A stretch of 64,000 bases of DNA from the human T2T-CHM13v2.0 reference genome, Homo sapiens, in assembly GCF_009914755.1 (NCBI RefSeq), contig NC_060941.1; one strand, 5' to 3'. The notes beneath the pieces were generated by a model, which ran no database searches, was not told the DNA's origin, and was given only the letters and a program-made list of their open reading frames with translations. Of this stretch, positions 42,549-61,422 are shown in pieces. Position 1 is the stretch's first letter; each line of letters begins with the position of its first letter. A program made the translations under genes and the position numbers.

Positions 42549-43352
42549 GGTATTGAAAAGGCAGGACTAAGGTACTGCTTACATTTTGGTGACACCACTG
42601 TCTTTTCCTATTGTCTATTACGGGAATACACATTATGGTCATTAATACCATATTACACAAGAATCCTCATGTTAAACCATGTGCTCTTTACTCCAAACTT
42701 ATCTTGGCCCAAGTGTTGATGAAAGCATTGCTAGGTGTAAATAAAAACCTAACAAGTCAAAAGATCCCCTCAGGTTTATCTCTGTTACTCCCACTGTGTA
42801 TCTGATACAGGCACTGAGGAAGAAATGGCTATTACATTCTAAAAGCTTGGATAAAACACAAGAAAATATTTCTAGAACCTAACAGTTATATGGGGCTGAA
42901 TATTCTTATAAGAGGTGGGCTTTCCTTCTTTAAAGATGATTAAGCAATACAGTTTCTACCATACCTACCTACCTTCTCTCCCCTACCCCTAGCAGAAGAG
43001 TAGAAATAAAAGATTGCTGAAGGATGTCCCAAGTTTGAGCATTCAATACGTAAAGATAGAATGTGGTATTGTTCCCAGAAGGAAATTCTCATTAGAGTAT
43101 ACACATTTCATAGCATGCATAGTTAAGCTTTGCAGAACATAATTTGACCTATGGGTTATCTAAACCCTACCCATCATGTTTACAGTAGGATTTAACCACA
43201 AACATAACTTTCAGTTTTTACATATATGACTCCCAAATGATCATTTTATATTCCCTTGTACTCTAAGTCTTACTATCGGAGATGGTAACCACATGGGCAC
43301 ATAAATCCCTCTCTCTTCATCTTTCTCATTAAATTATAGCCAATCTTGAAAA

Positions 43353-44074
43353 TCTTGTAAAGTGGTGATTGAGTTTAACACAAGCAAAGTATAGTAACTG
43401 ATCACTCATTCTTACTGGATTAGTGCGCAGATGATTGAATACTGGCGTCTTGACGTCTGTATCCTTGAACATACTAAGTGAGCATTGTTTGGTTACTGCT
43501 TCTGTTTGAAATGATCCTGTGTCTTGGTTGTGGCCCGAGCTTTGAACTGCTACTTGCCATTCCCTTTCCTTCACAGAGCTCTCACCATTCTAACATGAAG
43601 GATTTGGTAAAATACGAGTTCGGTTGAGTCCTGCTTACTCCCACTTGGTCATCTTTGTAGGAATCCAATGTTTCATTGGTTTGTTTTTAAATTATTTTTA
43701 GCTGATGTTCATGAAGAAAAGTGAGTACCTATAACCATGCTACTAATGAAGGAAAATCCTAGCTAAGAAGGTATATTTCTGTATGAGAGCTGTGTCCTAC
43801 CATCCTTTGGGCTCTCTGCTGGAAGAGTAGAATCAAATCTTATATAATGCCTTTTTAATTGTACGCTCTAGTATTATAGATGTAAGACAGTACTGTAATA
43901 CACCTCTGTGAATGTATCTTGTACCTGCTTTGTGATATGTAGCAGTGACTATGCCTTAATCAAGTCATTTTTAATAATGTTATTCTAGAATATTTTCTTT
44001 CTAGATCATGAGTGAAAGGCTAAAAAAAACCAAATAATAATGGTACCAAGTACCGCAACAACAATAGAAAAAAA
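43353..44074 (+). pseudogene. Probable retrotransposed mRNA 3'-UTR fragment, parent gene not identified
   Basis: 11-bp direct repeat aatcttgaaaa at 43342-43352 and 44075-44085; A-run 44068-44076; body does not resemble a known repeat. Confidence 0.5.
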
Positions 44075-44095
44075 AATCTTGAAAAGAAAAAGACT

Positions 44096-45671
<1,576 letters not shown>

Positions 45672-45882
45672 TAAGGTTTTTTGAATTAGAATACTTATAG
45701 TTTGAGTATCTATTATAAACATCACTACTATACCATATTGTTTTGTCCATTCAGTTTTTTTCTCCTAAACACACAGACACACACACACTAAAATAAAGGG
45801 AATGCCACTGAAAGAACCATCGAAAACCCCTTTTTTATTAAAAATGGAAATAATTTATCCTTTTGAGGACTCAAAAACTTAC

Positions 45883-45945
45883 CTAAAGGTTTATTCTCTG
45901 CTGTCTGTTCAAGTTCTCTGAAAGCACTATATTTATCACCAGGAT
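45883..45945 (-). CDS. SYNRG: SYNRG exon, 63 nt (DPGDKYSAFRELEQTAENKPLG)
   Basis: Hand translation; catag|ATCCT acceptor, TAG|gtaagt donor. Confidence 0.95.
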   Translation of the reverse strand: MLVINIVLSENLNRQQRINL

Positions 45946-46158
45946 CTATGATAGAAAGGACAGAAGCTCAGTTAAGGTTAGGAATCTTGAAATCACAGCT
46001 CCAGGAAGTGAGGCAGATTGGTTTAACCAAACACTATTAACATGTGGTATACAGGCATTTTACATATTTAGCACAGAAGACCACCACTTAAAGATTCATA
46101 CAATTTAAATAGTATGCAATTTAGCATTCACAAGTTTATGAATTTACCAACTTTTTAC

Positions 46159-46277
46159 CTCCAGGTGGAACAGTATTTTCAGAGGACTTGTCAGCTGCAA
46201 TTCCTTTAAACACAGCATATTTGTCCATTGAAGGCAATGCTTTAGTTCCAGGAAGTGGCATCAACAAAGAAGGGGCA
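46159..46277 (-). CDS. SYNRG: SYNRG exon, 119 nt (APSLLMPLPG...DKYAVFK...VPPG)
   Basis: ttcag|TGCCCC acceptor, GAG|gtaaaa donor; ORF 46136..46381. Confidence 0.95.
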
Positions 46278-46614
46278 CTGAAGGAAAAAATAAACATATT
46301 TTGATGACATTGAATCCCTCCTTTATCATCTAAAAGGAAGTTAGAATTAAAATGGCAAACAGGTATTTCATTAAAACTCATGGCTCTCTGCTTTAAAAGT
46401 TAGAAAACTATATAGTATACATATATACCACAAATAAAAAAAAAACCATGTCCTTTTTCAAAAAACAAAACAAAACAAAAAACATTACCCAAACAATCAT
46501 TTTTTTCTTGATTAAATGAAGAGGGGTCAGATCCATGCTGACTGTCTAACCATCTCTTTAAGCCGTAATAACAACTGGAATGGCGTTGGAAGTAGATTAT
46601 TAAAGAATGATGAC

Positions 46615-46920
<306 letters not shown>

Positions 46921-47396
46921 AGAATGATGACTTCCTGCAATTTTAACTTAAGGTCCATAAAACTGCAAAAGTGAACTGTTCCACATATGTATACTCAATA
47001 TTTTAAAATAAATCATGTTAACCTTAATATAAATTATTAACTTCAATGGGTTCAGAGTGCAGAGGTAGAATAGTTGAGATAAAAATCTATTTATGAAATG
47101 CTGTTCAAGCCAAAATGTAAATTGTTTTTCTTCTGATTGTACTGCACTGCCTACTGGCAGAAGTGCATACATCTGATAAGCTGCCATAGAGTTAATACAA
47201 TTTGCATTTTTACAAAGATCACATCAGCGGTTCTAGAAGCTATCTTTGTAACAAAACAACAATCACTTCAAAATTAGATAAAGATACTTTTGCCTGTGGA
47301 CATATTTCGTGCTGGATGGAAAAATAGCGTAATGAGTAGCATCTGTGCAGGTAATTCTTAGAAGGCTTAAACACATACTATAAAAGCATTACTTTT

Positions 47397-47420
47397 TCTT
47401 CTTCTTCTTCTTCTTCTTCT
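47397..47420. repeat. (CTT)n microsatellite
   Basis: Visible directly in the sequence. Confidence 0.9.
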
Positions 47421-48518
47421 CTTATCAGACCCAGGCAGCTCCCTGGAAGAACCACCTTTACATATGAATGACTACATTCCACCACTAGTTTGTGTCATTC
47501 AATACCATGCACAAGTTATATAAATGGATTTCTATTGAGTTCTTCGCCCTGGAGCAAAAATCTTTCCACAGTCATTTAAACCTTCTTATCAGTGGCTTAC
47601 AAGCAAGGTAAAAACTAGGCTCTGGTAGCTGCATGCTAATGGGGTACACAGTCCTTTAGGGCTTAATGCCATCAAATATTATGATTTCACGTCACCACCA
47701 AACAGCTGCTACATAACTGATCTTGACAAATGAAATAAGTCATCACCTATACATTGTAAGTGGACTTTTTAAAAGTTCCATAAGTAATTAAAGTACAGTT
47801 CACTGTACAGAATGTTACATGGGAATAAAGGAAATTAACATCTTAGGGAAAAAAAACCCCCAAAGTTGAATGATTTCTTTATTTTTCATGACCCTCCAGC
47901 TTTAGCTACGGTCTTTTAAGGCTCAATGGTAAAAATCTTTCTACTAAATGTTACACTTAATTGATTATTAATTTTAAAATTATATTCACAGAATTGGAAA
48001 AAAAAACAACAACAGAATCTTTAGGGTAATGAACTACTGCTTGCTGATTAAAGTCAACAAAATTCCATTCAAAAAAAGTTATGACTCAAGACTGTAATTT
48101 TATGCATACTGCAAATGAATATTTCATTCCAGTTCTTTCTCTGAAGTTATTATTTTAAAAAACCACTGTAATCACCATGAAAGTGTTTATGCCAGTTACA
48201 TAGTAGTCATCAACCGCTCCAAACATGAAGACGGTATTTCTACACTTTCACACTAATGAAAATACTCAAGTGAGAAAGGCATATATGATTTTACACTTAA
48301 GAACCTGTATTCTACTAAAAGGTAAGACTTAAAAAATTCGGCCACAAAAAAGTATTTTACATTTTCTCTAGTGAATCTATTAGTGTTTTACAATCACTCC
48401 ATATGACTGTGGTAGATAGCTTTATTTAGTTGCTTACCCTGCTAAATATATACATTTAAAAAGAAATATTTTGATTTCAGCAGAATAAACTAACCAACCC
48501 CAAAGTCCTATATGTTAA

Positions 48519-50351
<1,833 letters not shown>

Positions 50352-50354
50352 TCA

Positions 50355-51659
50355 ATGGTGCCCAGGCTGGAGTGCAGTGGCGTGATCTCGGCTCGCTACA
50401 ACCTCCACCTCCCAGCCGCCTGCCTTGGCCTCCCAAAGTGCCGAGATTGCAGCCTCTGCCCGGCCGCCACCCCGTCTGGGAAGTGAGGAGCGTCTCTGCC
50501 TGGCCGCCCATCGTCTGGGATGTGAGGAGCCCCTCTGCCTGGCTGCCCAGTCTGGAAAGTGAGGAGCGTCTCCGCCCGGCCGCCATCCCATCTAGGAAGT
50601 GAGGAGCGCCTCTTCCCGGCTGCCATCACATCTAGGAAGTGAGGAGCGTCTCTGCCCGGCCACCCATCGTCTGAGATGTGGGGAGCGCCTCTGCCCCGCC
50701 GCCCCATCTGGGATGTGAGGAGCGCCTCTGCCCGGCCGCGACCCTGTCTGGGAGGTGAGGAGCGTCTCTGCCCGGCCGCCCCGTCTGAGAAGTGAGGAGC
50801 CCCTCCGCCCGGCAGCCGCCCCATCTGAGAAGTGAGGAGCCTCTCCACCCGGCAGCCACCCCATCTGGGAAGTGAGGAGCATCTCCGCCCGGCAGCCACC
50901 CCGTCCGGGAGGGAGGTGGGGGGGTCAGCCCCCTGCCCGGCCAGCCGCCCCGTCCGGGAGGGAGGTGGGGGGGTCAGCCCCCTGCCCGGCCAGCCGCCCC
51001 GTCCGGGAGGGAGGTGGGGGGGTCAGCCCCCCGCCCGGCCAGCCGTCCCGTCCGGGAGGTGAGGGGCGCCTCTGCCCGGCCACCCCTACTGGGAAGTGAG
51101 GAGCCCCTCTGCCCGGCCACCACCCTGTCTGGGAAGTGTGCCCAACCGCTCATTGAGAAGGGGCCAGGATGACAATGGCGGCTTTGTGGAATAGAAAGGC
51201 GGGAAAGGTGGGGAAAAGATTGAGAAATCGGATGGTTGCCGTGTCTGTGTAGAAAGAAGTAGACATGGGAGACTTTTCATTTTGTTCTGTACTAAGAAAA
51301 ATTCTTCTGCCTTGGGATCCTGTTGATCTGTGACCTTACCCCCAACCCTGTGCTCTCTGAAACATGTGCTGTGTCCACTCAGGGTTGAATGGATTAAGGG
51401 CGGTGCAAGATGTGCTTTGTTAAACAGATGCTTGAAGGCAGCATGCTCGTTAAGAGTCATCACCACTCCCTAATCTCAAGTACCCAGGGACACAAACACT
51501 GCGGAAGGCCGCAGGGTCCTCTGCCTAGGAAAACCAGAGACCTTTGTTCACTTGTTTATCTGCTGACCTTCCCTCCACTATTGTCCCATGACCCTGCCAA
51601 ATCCCCCTCTGTGAGAAACACCCAAGAATTATCAATAAAAAAATAAATTAAAAAAAAAA
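50355..51659 (+). mobile_element. 5'-truncated SVA (SVA_D-like), antisense to SYNRG
   Basis: Partial Alu-like domain, GC-rich VNTR (~50470-51130), SINE-R, AATAAA 51634-51639, poly-A, TSD aaagtatca (50346-50354 / 51657-51665); no CCCTCT hexamer. Confidence 0.95.
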
Positions 51660-53055
51660 GTATCATATACGAAAGTAAACTATTACATGGAGATAATGCC
51701 ACACAAAATTGCTAATATCCCATATATCTCAGGTCTGGCTACCATCTTAAAACTTTCTACCCCCAAATTTTAATTTCATCTACAAACAGTTTTGCTCAGA
51801 GAAATAAACCACCCATTTGATAAATTAGGTTTATAACCCACATACTATAATATAGTCATCCAACAGATCTTTATTAATTACATATGATGGGGCCAAGCAC
51901 TACATATATAAACATGAATAATTGTCTTCAGATACTTACAGCCTAGAAAGGGAAACAGTCAGGTAAACCAGCAATTACAATTAGGGCACAGACATTCATC
52001 AGGTACTACAGCAGTAGCAAAGGAGGTGGGAATTGGTTAGGAAAAACTTCCTATATTTAGCTGATTTCTGAAATGGAACTATAACTATAGGGAGATCAGG
52101 TAAGGGTATTTCAGACTGAAGCGAACAGAATGGATAAAGCTTGAAAGAACATGGTCAGTTTGGAGTCATGCTGGCAAGGCTGGAGTGTAAGTCATGGGGA
52201 ATAGCAAGAGTTGAGAGTGGGCAGGAGTTAAGATCACACACTGTCACACAGAGCTGACAGAGTTAATGGTGGTAAAGGAGAGATGACAGAGCCAAAGTAA
52301 ATAGCATGCTTTTAATTTGGTGACTGAATATGGTGACATCATTCACCAAGGAAGGGAATAACGATTTAACACATTTTTATGTGGCTTTGAGTAGGAAAAC
52401 ACTAAAGGTAATTTCATGCAGTGAATTTGAGGTGCCTTGACTCATTCAGATAGGGATGCTTAGATAGCAGTAGTACATATAAATTTTGTTTGAAGGAAGA
52501 GATCTGAAGTAGAAATACAATTTATGCGTCTAGAAGGTTTAACTTGTGTTGGTGCAGCAGTCCTGGAAATACCAGCACTCTATGGTCACATTCCTTATAT
52601 GTTTCTTCTATATGTTATGTACATGCATTTAATATATTTTTAAAATCAGGAGAATAATCTCTTTTCCTAATTTGTAATTCTCTATAATGCCTATCCCTTA
52701 GTTCTTGTTACAGTGTGTATGCAGCAAAGTGCTGACTAAGAGATAATCAATTGGCTAAAGGGGAAGAGATGAGCGAAACTGCATAAACAGGAACAGAGGA
52801 GACATGGAATATGTATTCTGACAATAACAAATTCGAAAAATAAAACCAAAGGAATTCATATCGCTTACTCTGGTGTCTGATGTGTTCCACTTTGCAGAAA
52901 TATCTAAATACTTTTTTTAAAATGCCGTCTGGGCATGGTGGCTCATGCCTGTAATCCTAGCACTTTAGGAGGTCAAGTAGAGAGACTCACTTGAGGTCAG
53001 GAGTTTGAGACCAGCCTGGCCAACATGGTGAAATGGTGAAACCCCATCTCTACTA

Positions 53056-53217
<162 letters not shown>

Positions 53218-53795
53218 CTAAACATGCTGACAACATACTGAATCAGTTACTGTACCTGAAGGTTAAGGTGGCGTGTAAAACCTTAGAGAAATGTTTATGC
53301 AGCTGTCTATGCAAACAACAGAAATCTGAAGGCTTAAAAGACACTAATGTCAAATATACAAGAAATGTGAATGAATATGATTAGAGTTCTGAATTATGAT
53401 TCTGTGGAAAAGCAACAGTACATAACATTACAAAAATGTGCAATTATGTGCTCCTGCCTAAAAAACTTTTTAACAGTTGAAGACCTTGCTGTAATATAGG
53501 AACACGAAGTCATCACTGCACAGGTGATCTTAGCTATAATAAAGGTTTGGCACAGGTAAAAAAGAATATTGGCAGGCAGGTGTGTACTTACAGGAAACAG
53601 TAGGAGCTGAAGTTTAAGATGGACAAAGGGGAGAGAAGTTTGAAAAGTAAAAGTATTAATACAGAGGGAATAAACACAGAAAGTAGTAGAGTAAGGAGTC
53701 TTAATTTTTAAATTTCTCACACCTAGCCTTCCTATTATGGATGCCTCTTTCTTAATGGTTAAATGCAATGTTAAATATATTAAACTCTTTTCTAC

Positions 53796-53929
53796 CTGTT
53801 TCCATGCTGGGAGTTACTTGTTTTTGAAGAAGCAGGCAACTCTTGGAAATCACTGAATGAGTCATCAAGGGATCCTGACTTAGAAGCATCTTGAAAATCC
53901 TGGAAGTCATCTTCTTCTGGCTTTACTAC
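53796..53929 (-). CDS. SYNRG: SYNRG exon, 134 nt (VVKPEEDDFQDFQ...DDSFSDF...QHGNS)
   Basis: Hand translation; ctag|GTAGTA acceptor, CAG|gtagaa donor; DFxDF motifs. Confidence 0.95.
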
Positions 53930-54119
53930 CTAGGTTTATAAAGGTCATTTAAATAAATAGCACTGACTGACAAAATAAATACACAACAAATCAAAAGTCA
54001 ATCTCAAAGACTGCCTTTAAAATTTCTCAGTTTAGATACATTAACTCAAGTGCTTACGGCAGGAATCCTGTTTTGTATTTTTAAATACTCTCTGGTACAA
54101 ATGGTAAAAGACTGGTTTA

Positions 54120-54440
<321 letters not shown>

Positions 54441-54473
54441 CTATACATTTGTAAAATAGCTGAATGATATTCA

Positions 54474-54698
<225 letters not shown>

Positions 54699-55641
54699 CT
54701 ACAAAAAAAAAAAAAAAGACATACAGCTATATCATGCATGTTTGCAAATTAAGTGACACAAGCTCATCATAACCAATCACATACATGTACAAAGAGTGGA
54801 CACTGACTCCTAATCCCACACTCCAGAAGTACTGTTAACAGCTCATTTGTTTTAAAGACAAATGAGATTACACTATATTGCTCTATACTTTAACTATATA
54901 ACAAAGACACATTTCCATGCAGTACATGTAGATCTATCTCATTCAGTTTAATGATTACCACTGTGTGAAGGAATTGAAATTTATTTAACCTTTCTCCTCC
55001 TGTTGGATATTTAGCTATTTCTACTTTTTACTCTAACAAACAATGTTACAACAAAAATTCTTGTATATCTTTGCTAATTCGAGTTACTATTCTTGGGATA
55101 GATTTCTAATAATGTGACTACTAGGATAGAAGATATAGACATGCTGAGGCTTTTTTTTTTTTTTTTTTTTAAACTCAGTCTCCTTCTGTTGCCAAGCAGG
55201 AGTGCAATGGTGTGATCGTAATCATAGCTCACTGCAGACTTGAACTCCTGGGATCAAGTGATCCTCCTGCCTCAGCCTCCAGGGTAGCTGGGACTACAGG
55301 TACACACTATCATGCCCAGCTCAACATGTAGAATTTTGATTGCTATTGCCAAGTCTGCCTTTCAACAAGGCTGTACCAATAAGCCTAGAGTGTATTAGTC
55401 ACTTTTACCCTACTTTTTCAATGACATTAAATATTATATATTTAAAACATTTTTGCTAATCTGAGAAGTGAAAAACTAAAGTATTTTAATTTCAGGTTTA
55501 GCAGTTTTTCTGAAAGATACAACCTAAGAATTTAAATGTGCTCACCATAATCCAGTAACCTACTCTATGTATCCCCGGAAAAAATGGTGCCCAGATTCAC
55601 TTTCAGTGATTATCTGAAATATGCACAGCTTCGCCATTTAC

Positions 55642-55890
55642 CTGATTTGCAGGGTAGGTTGGTATGAAACCACTAGAAGCCTGGGCTGCAGCTCCACCCA
55701 CTGGTCCAACAAGGTTAATGCCCATGACTGGCTGTCCAAGGCTGAGGGGCATGGAGCCCGCAGGACCTGAAGGTATCACAGTTGGCTGACTCACCGGTGT
55801 AGGCAGAGTCATAGAAAAGCCACTTAAAGTTGGAATAGGAGCTGCTGGGAACTGGTTTAAAGCATCAGGACTCATTGCAGGAACGCCCCT
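55642..55890 (-). CDS. SYNRG: SYNRG exon, 249 nt (RGVPAMSPDAL...TYPANQ)
   Basis: gtag|AGGGGC acceptor, CAG|gtaaat donor; ORF 55603..55875. Confidence 0.96.
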
Positions 55891-56294
55891 CTACAAATGA
55901 TAGAAAGAAAATGGATTAGAGGATTGTAAACCACATACGGTCGAAATCTGGCAGAGACCGAAAGGTAAAAAAATCTGTAGCCTTTGCATGTTTCCACTCC
56001 AACTCTCAAAACTCATGAATTTGATTTAAGAAAAAAAGTTACAAGGTCAATGCAAACCTAATACTTAAGAAAGAAATGGCCAACACATATCAGTTCTGAC
56101 ATTTTCACTTTCTGACAAGTTTGGTTAATTCTATATGATCAAATCATTTAAAATGACTTTGCAATAAAAGAAAAATTTATACCAGACTGAGAATACTTTA
56201 TCTGTATCTATGAAATTTTAGAGAAGAATTTCAAAACACAGAGTAATTTCACCTATTACTGACTAACTTTCAAGTTCAGAGAATGTTAATATTA

Positions 56295-56645
<351 letters not shown>

Positions 56646-56795
56646 TTATAAACTCTACATTTTTGAAGTACTATATCCTGAAAATGATCTAAATTTTAAT
56701 GTACAAGGAGTTACACAATGTAGTAAAAAAGATTTCATATCCTTGCAATTTATATTAATAAAGTTATTTGATCTAACTTAAGAAACATTGTTTAC

Positions 56796-56992
56796 CTGTG
56801 TTACCGCTATCATGGCTAGAACGGTATAAAGTTCTTCTTTTGTAAGTTTGCCAGGTGTAGTTCGATTAGCTAAGGCCCATATCTGTCCAAGAGTTTCCCT
56901 GGGAAGCCCAGATGACATCAGAATGGGATACAGTTTGGCAGTATCTATTCCAGTTGGAGTCATTGTGGTTTCTAAGATTTTCTTATAGGCAT
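56796..56992 (-). CDS. SYNRG: SYNRG exon, 197 nt, EH-domain core (AYKKILE...LMSSGLPRETLGQIWALAN...IAVTQ)
   Basis: atag|ATGCC acceptor, CAG|gtaaac donor; EH signature SGLPxxxLxxIWxLA. Confidence 0.97.
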
Positions 56993-58245
56993 CTATTAAA
57001 GGAAAGACCAGATTACAAATGGAAACACATTCCAAGTGATTTATTTTTTGGGATGCCATTGTTGGTATACAAGAATAATCTTCAACAAAACTGCTTTAAT
57101 AGAACCGAAGCCATGTCAGGGTTTAAATTGCTTTAAACATATTCAAGTGCAGCTGGGCGTGGTGGCTCACGTCTGTAATCTCAGCACTTGGGAGGCCAAG
57201 GCCAGCAGATCATCTGAGGTCAGGAGTTCAAGACCAGCCTGGCCAACATAGTGAAACCCCATCTCTACTAAAAATACAAAAGTTAGCCACACGTGGTGGC
57301 ATGTGCCTGTAAGCCCAGCTACTCAGGAGGCTGAGGCAGGAGAATCACTTGAACCCCGAGACAAAGGTTGCAGTGAGCTAAGATCACGACTCTGCACTCT
57401 GCACTTCAGCCTGGGCAACAGTGAGACTCCGTTTCAAAAAAAAAAAGAAAAAAAAATTTGAGATATTCAAGTGGAAATGTCCAGCAGACAATTAAGAGTC
57501 TGAAGTTTGGTACTAAAGATAAAATTTAGGGCTAGAGGTAAGACAAAGTCTTATAATTCAGTAGAAGATTGTAACAAGACAGCATGCTTTGGACTTTACA
57601 AGAGAAGCTGTAGAGTAATGATGGTGGGAACAGTTTGAAAAGAGCAATGGGAAGTAAGAATTATACCAACATCACTCTTCTCCAGTAAATTAGAGGCTGT
57701 GAGAGAAAACACCATTGGAGAAGGTGCTACGGAAATACAGCCTTTAAGGAAAGACCCAGTTTCTGTTAAGGTGAGGAAGCAGAACAAGTGTCTTAAAAAG
57801 GGGGGTACAGTTGGTGAGTTTTTGACAATAACATGGGTTTTCCAAAGGACCAAGTGGGAAATGTTGTTAGATACAGGGCTAAAATAAAGAATGCCAATAT
57901 TGCATGGGACATACTTATACTAAAAAATTATTTGCTGTTTACCTGAAATTCAAATTTAACTGGGCATCCTGTATGGTTATTTACTAAATGTAGCAAGCTT
58001 AGTTAGGGAAATGAAACTTAGTAGGGCTAAGGGGGACAGAGAAACTGTTTAAAACAAAAATTTTACATCTGGGATTATAAGTATGGATTACAGGTTAGTG
58101 GGCTCTCCATAAGAACACATATTTTTGGCCAGATGTGGTGGCTCATGCCTGTAATCCCAGTGCTTTGGGATGCTGAGGTGGGCGGGTCACAAGGTCAGGA
58201 GTTCGAGACCAGCCTAGCCAATACGGTGAAATCCTGTCTCTACTA

Positions 58246-58470
<225 letters not shown>

Positions 58471-58711
58471 CTAGTCTTCTAAGGAAGAGGGCGAAAGTAA
58501 AGTAATACAAACTGGCAGAAAATGGATAAAACTCCAAAATATACCAAGATCTAGATTTCATTCGTTTGGCTTGAGGACAGAGAAGAAAAGATGCAAACTG
58601 TCTAACAGGCATTTGGAAGAAAAGCCATTATTTTAAAGTACAGTTGAATTGTACATACTATTTTGGTAACAGCCTTTTGTCATTATGAGTAGTATCAGAA
58701 AATGCATTTGA

Positions 58712-60462
58712 ATGAAAACTATAAAACATTAATGCAATAAATTGAAGGGGACATAAAAAAATAGAGAAATATTCCATGTTCATGTTTTGGAATAATCAAT
58801 GTTGTTAAAATGTCCATAGTACCCAAAGCAATGGGTAGTACAGATTCAATGCAATCCCTATCAATACCAATTACATTCTTCACAGAAACAGAAAACATAA
58901 TCCTAAAATTTATATGGTACCACAAAGGACCCAGAATAGCCAAAGCCATTCTGAGCAAAAAGAACAAAACTGGAGGAATTACAGTACATTACTGTATATT
59001 ACCTGACTTCAAATTATACTACAAAGCTATAGTAACTAAAACAGCATAGTAATAACACAAAAACAGACACAGAGACCAATGGAACAGAATAGAGAACCCA
59101 GAAATAAATCCACACATCCACAGTGAACTCATTTTTCAGAAAGGTGCCAAGAACATACATTGGGGAGGGTCTCTTCGATAAACGGTGCTGGAAAAACTGG
59201 ATCTCCATATGCAGAAGAATAAAACTAGACCCCATCCCACACCAAATAAAAAAATCAAATGGAAATGAATTAAAGATTTAAATCTAAGACCAGAAACTAT
59301 GAAACTACTAAAAGAAAACTTGGGGAAACTCTCCAGGACATTCGTCTGGGCAAAGATGTCTTGAGTAATAACCCAAAAGTAAAGGCAATCAAAGCAAAAA
59401 TGGACAAATGGGATCACATCAAGTTAAAAAGCTTTTGCACTGCAAAGGAAACAATCAACAAAATGGACAACCCACAGAACGGGAGAAAATATCTGCAAAC
59501 TATCCATCTCACAAGGGATTAATAACCAAAATATATAAGAAGCTCAAACAACTCAATACAAAAAAAGCTAATAATCTGATTTTAAAATGGGCAAGACAAC
59601 TGAACAGGCATTTCTCAAAAGAAGACATGCAAACAGCAAACAAGTTTATGAAAAGAGGCTCAACATCACTGATCATCAGAGCAATGTCAATCAAAACTAC
59701 AATGAGATATCATCTCACCCCACTTAAAATGGCTTTTATCCAAAAGACAGGCAATAACGAATGCTGGTGAGGATGTGGAGAAAAGGGAACCCAAGTACAC
59801 TGTTGGTAGGAATGTAAATTAGTACAGCCACTATGGAGAACAGTATAAAGGTTTCTCCATAGTGGCTGTACTAATTTATAAGCCAAGATTCAAAAGCAAC
59901 CTAAGTGTCCATTGACAGACGAATGGATAAAGAAAATGTGGTACATATACACAATGGAGCACAATTCAGCCATAAAAAAAATTGAGATCCTGTCATTTCC
60001 AACAACATGGTTGGAACTGGAGGACACTATATTAAGTGAAATAAGCCAGGCATAGAAAGACAAATTTCATATATTCTCATTCATTTGTGGAAGCTAAAAA
60101 TTAAAACAACTGAACTCATGGAGACAGAGAATAGAATGATGGTTTCCAGAGGCTGAGAAGGGTAGTGGTGGGGGGGAATAATGGGGATGGTTAGTGGGCA
60201 TAAAAATATAGTTGGATAGGAGGAATAAGATCTAGTATTTGATAGCACTACAAGGTAGCTACAGTCAACAATAATTTATTGTACACTTAAAATAACTTAC
60301 AGAGTATAATTGGAATGTTCATAACACAAAGAAGTAATACATGCTTGAGGTAATGGATACCTTATCTACCCTGATGTGATTATTACACATTGTATGTCTG
60401 TATCAAAGTATCTCATGTACTCCATAAAAATATACAATTATGTAGCCACAAAAATTAAAAAT
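58712..60462 (+). mobile_element. L1MA-type LINE-1 3' fragment (degraded ORF2 C-terminus plus 3' UTR)
   Basis: ORF2-like peptides ([18 protein letters not shown]; [14 protein letters not shown]...TTMRYHLTP) and L1MA-like 3' end. Confidence 0.9.
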
Positions 60463-60562
60463 AATTTTTTTTTGTTTAAAGAAGAAAATGCACTTTAAGG
60501 ATTTTCTTTTCTTTTTTTTTTCTTCTTGGCTCAGCAGTAAAAATACATGTAAAGAAAAAGTA

Positions 60563-60864
<302 letters not shown>

Positions 60865-61344
60865 GAGTAAACACTATCCTTCACATCTTCCAATGTGAAA
60901 AAAAAGATCCCACATGGTCTTTTATTTCATATAGTATTACATGACAAGTCATAGAAAGAATATTTTTAAAAATATAAACTAAGAATTCAGAAAATTACAT
61001 TAAATATTTTGGTAAAATTCTTGATGTTATTAATTGCTGAAGTAAATATTTGATAATGTCCATTAAAGCATAATAAATCTAAGAGAGCTTTTAGAAATAA
61101 AAGTATGATGGTTGATAAAACATTAAAACAAAACTATTCTCCTCTATTTATATAGTTATTCCATATATGAGGCAGTCTTATGAAACACGACATTTATTTA
61201 ATTTCTGTACTCTTTCAGAAAAAAAGAAAAGTGACAACTCCTCCTGCATTTTTTGTAAGTGCAACAGTAAATATTTACAACTACATTTACAATATTTAAA
61301 CCAAAATATCCAGATGGGAATCCTGGGTAAAGAAGCTTTTTTAC

Positions 61345-61422
61345 CTGGAACCAAACTCTCATTGTAAATCCAAGGAGGCATTCTGGGCTGAGCAGGATCC
61401 TGTGAGGGAAATACTCCCACAC
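61345..61422 (-). CDS. SYNRG: SYNRG exon, 78 nt (VGVFPSQDPAQPRMPPWIYNESLVPD), start of the EH region
   Basis: ctag|GTGTGG acceptor, CCAG|gtaaaa donor; ORF 61178..61480. Confidence 0.95.

Noticed and set aside
47397-47612. Plus-strand acceptor after (CTT)n with a downstream AAG|gtaaaa donor (possible antisense exon)
   Set aside because: The pyrimidine tract is just the microsatellite; no other evidence of an antisense transcript
58719-59770. ORFs resembling LINE-1 ORF2
   Set aside because: Frameshifted, stop-containing fragments of an old L1
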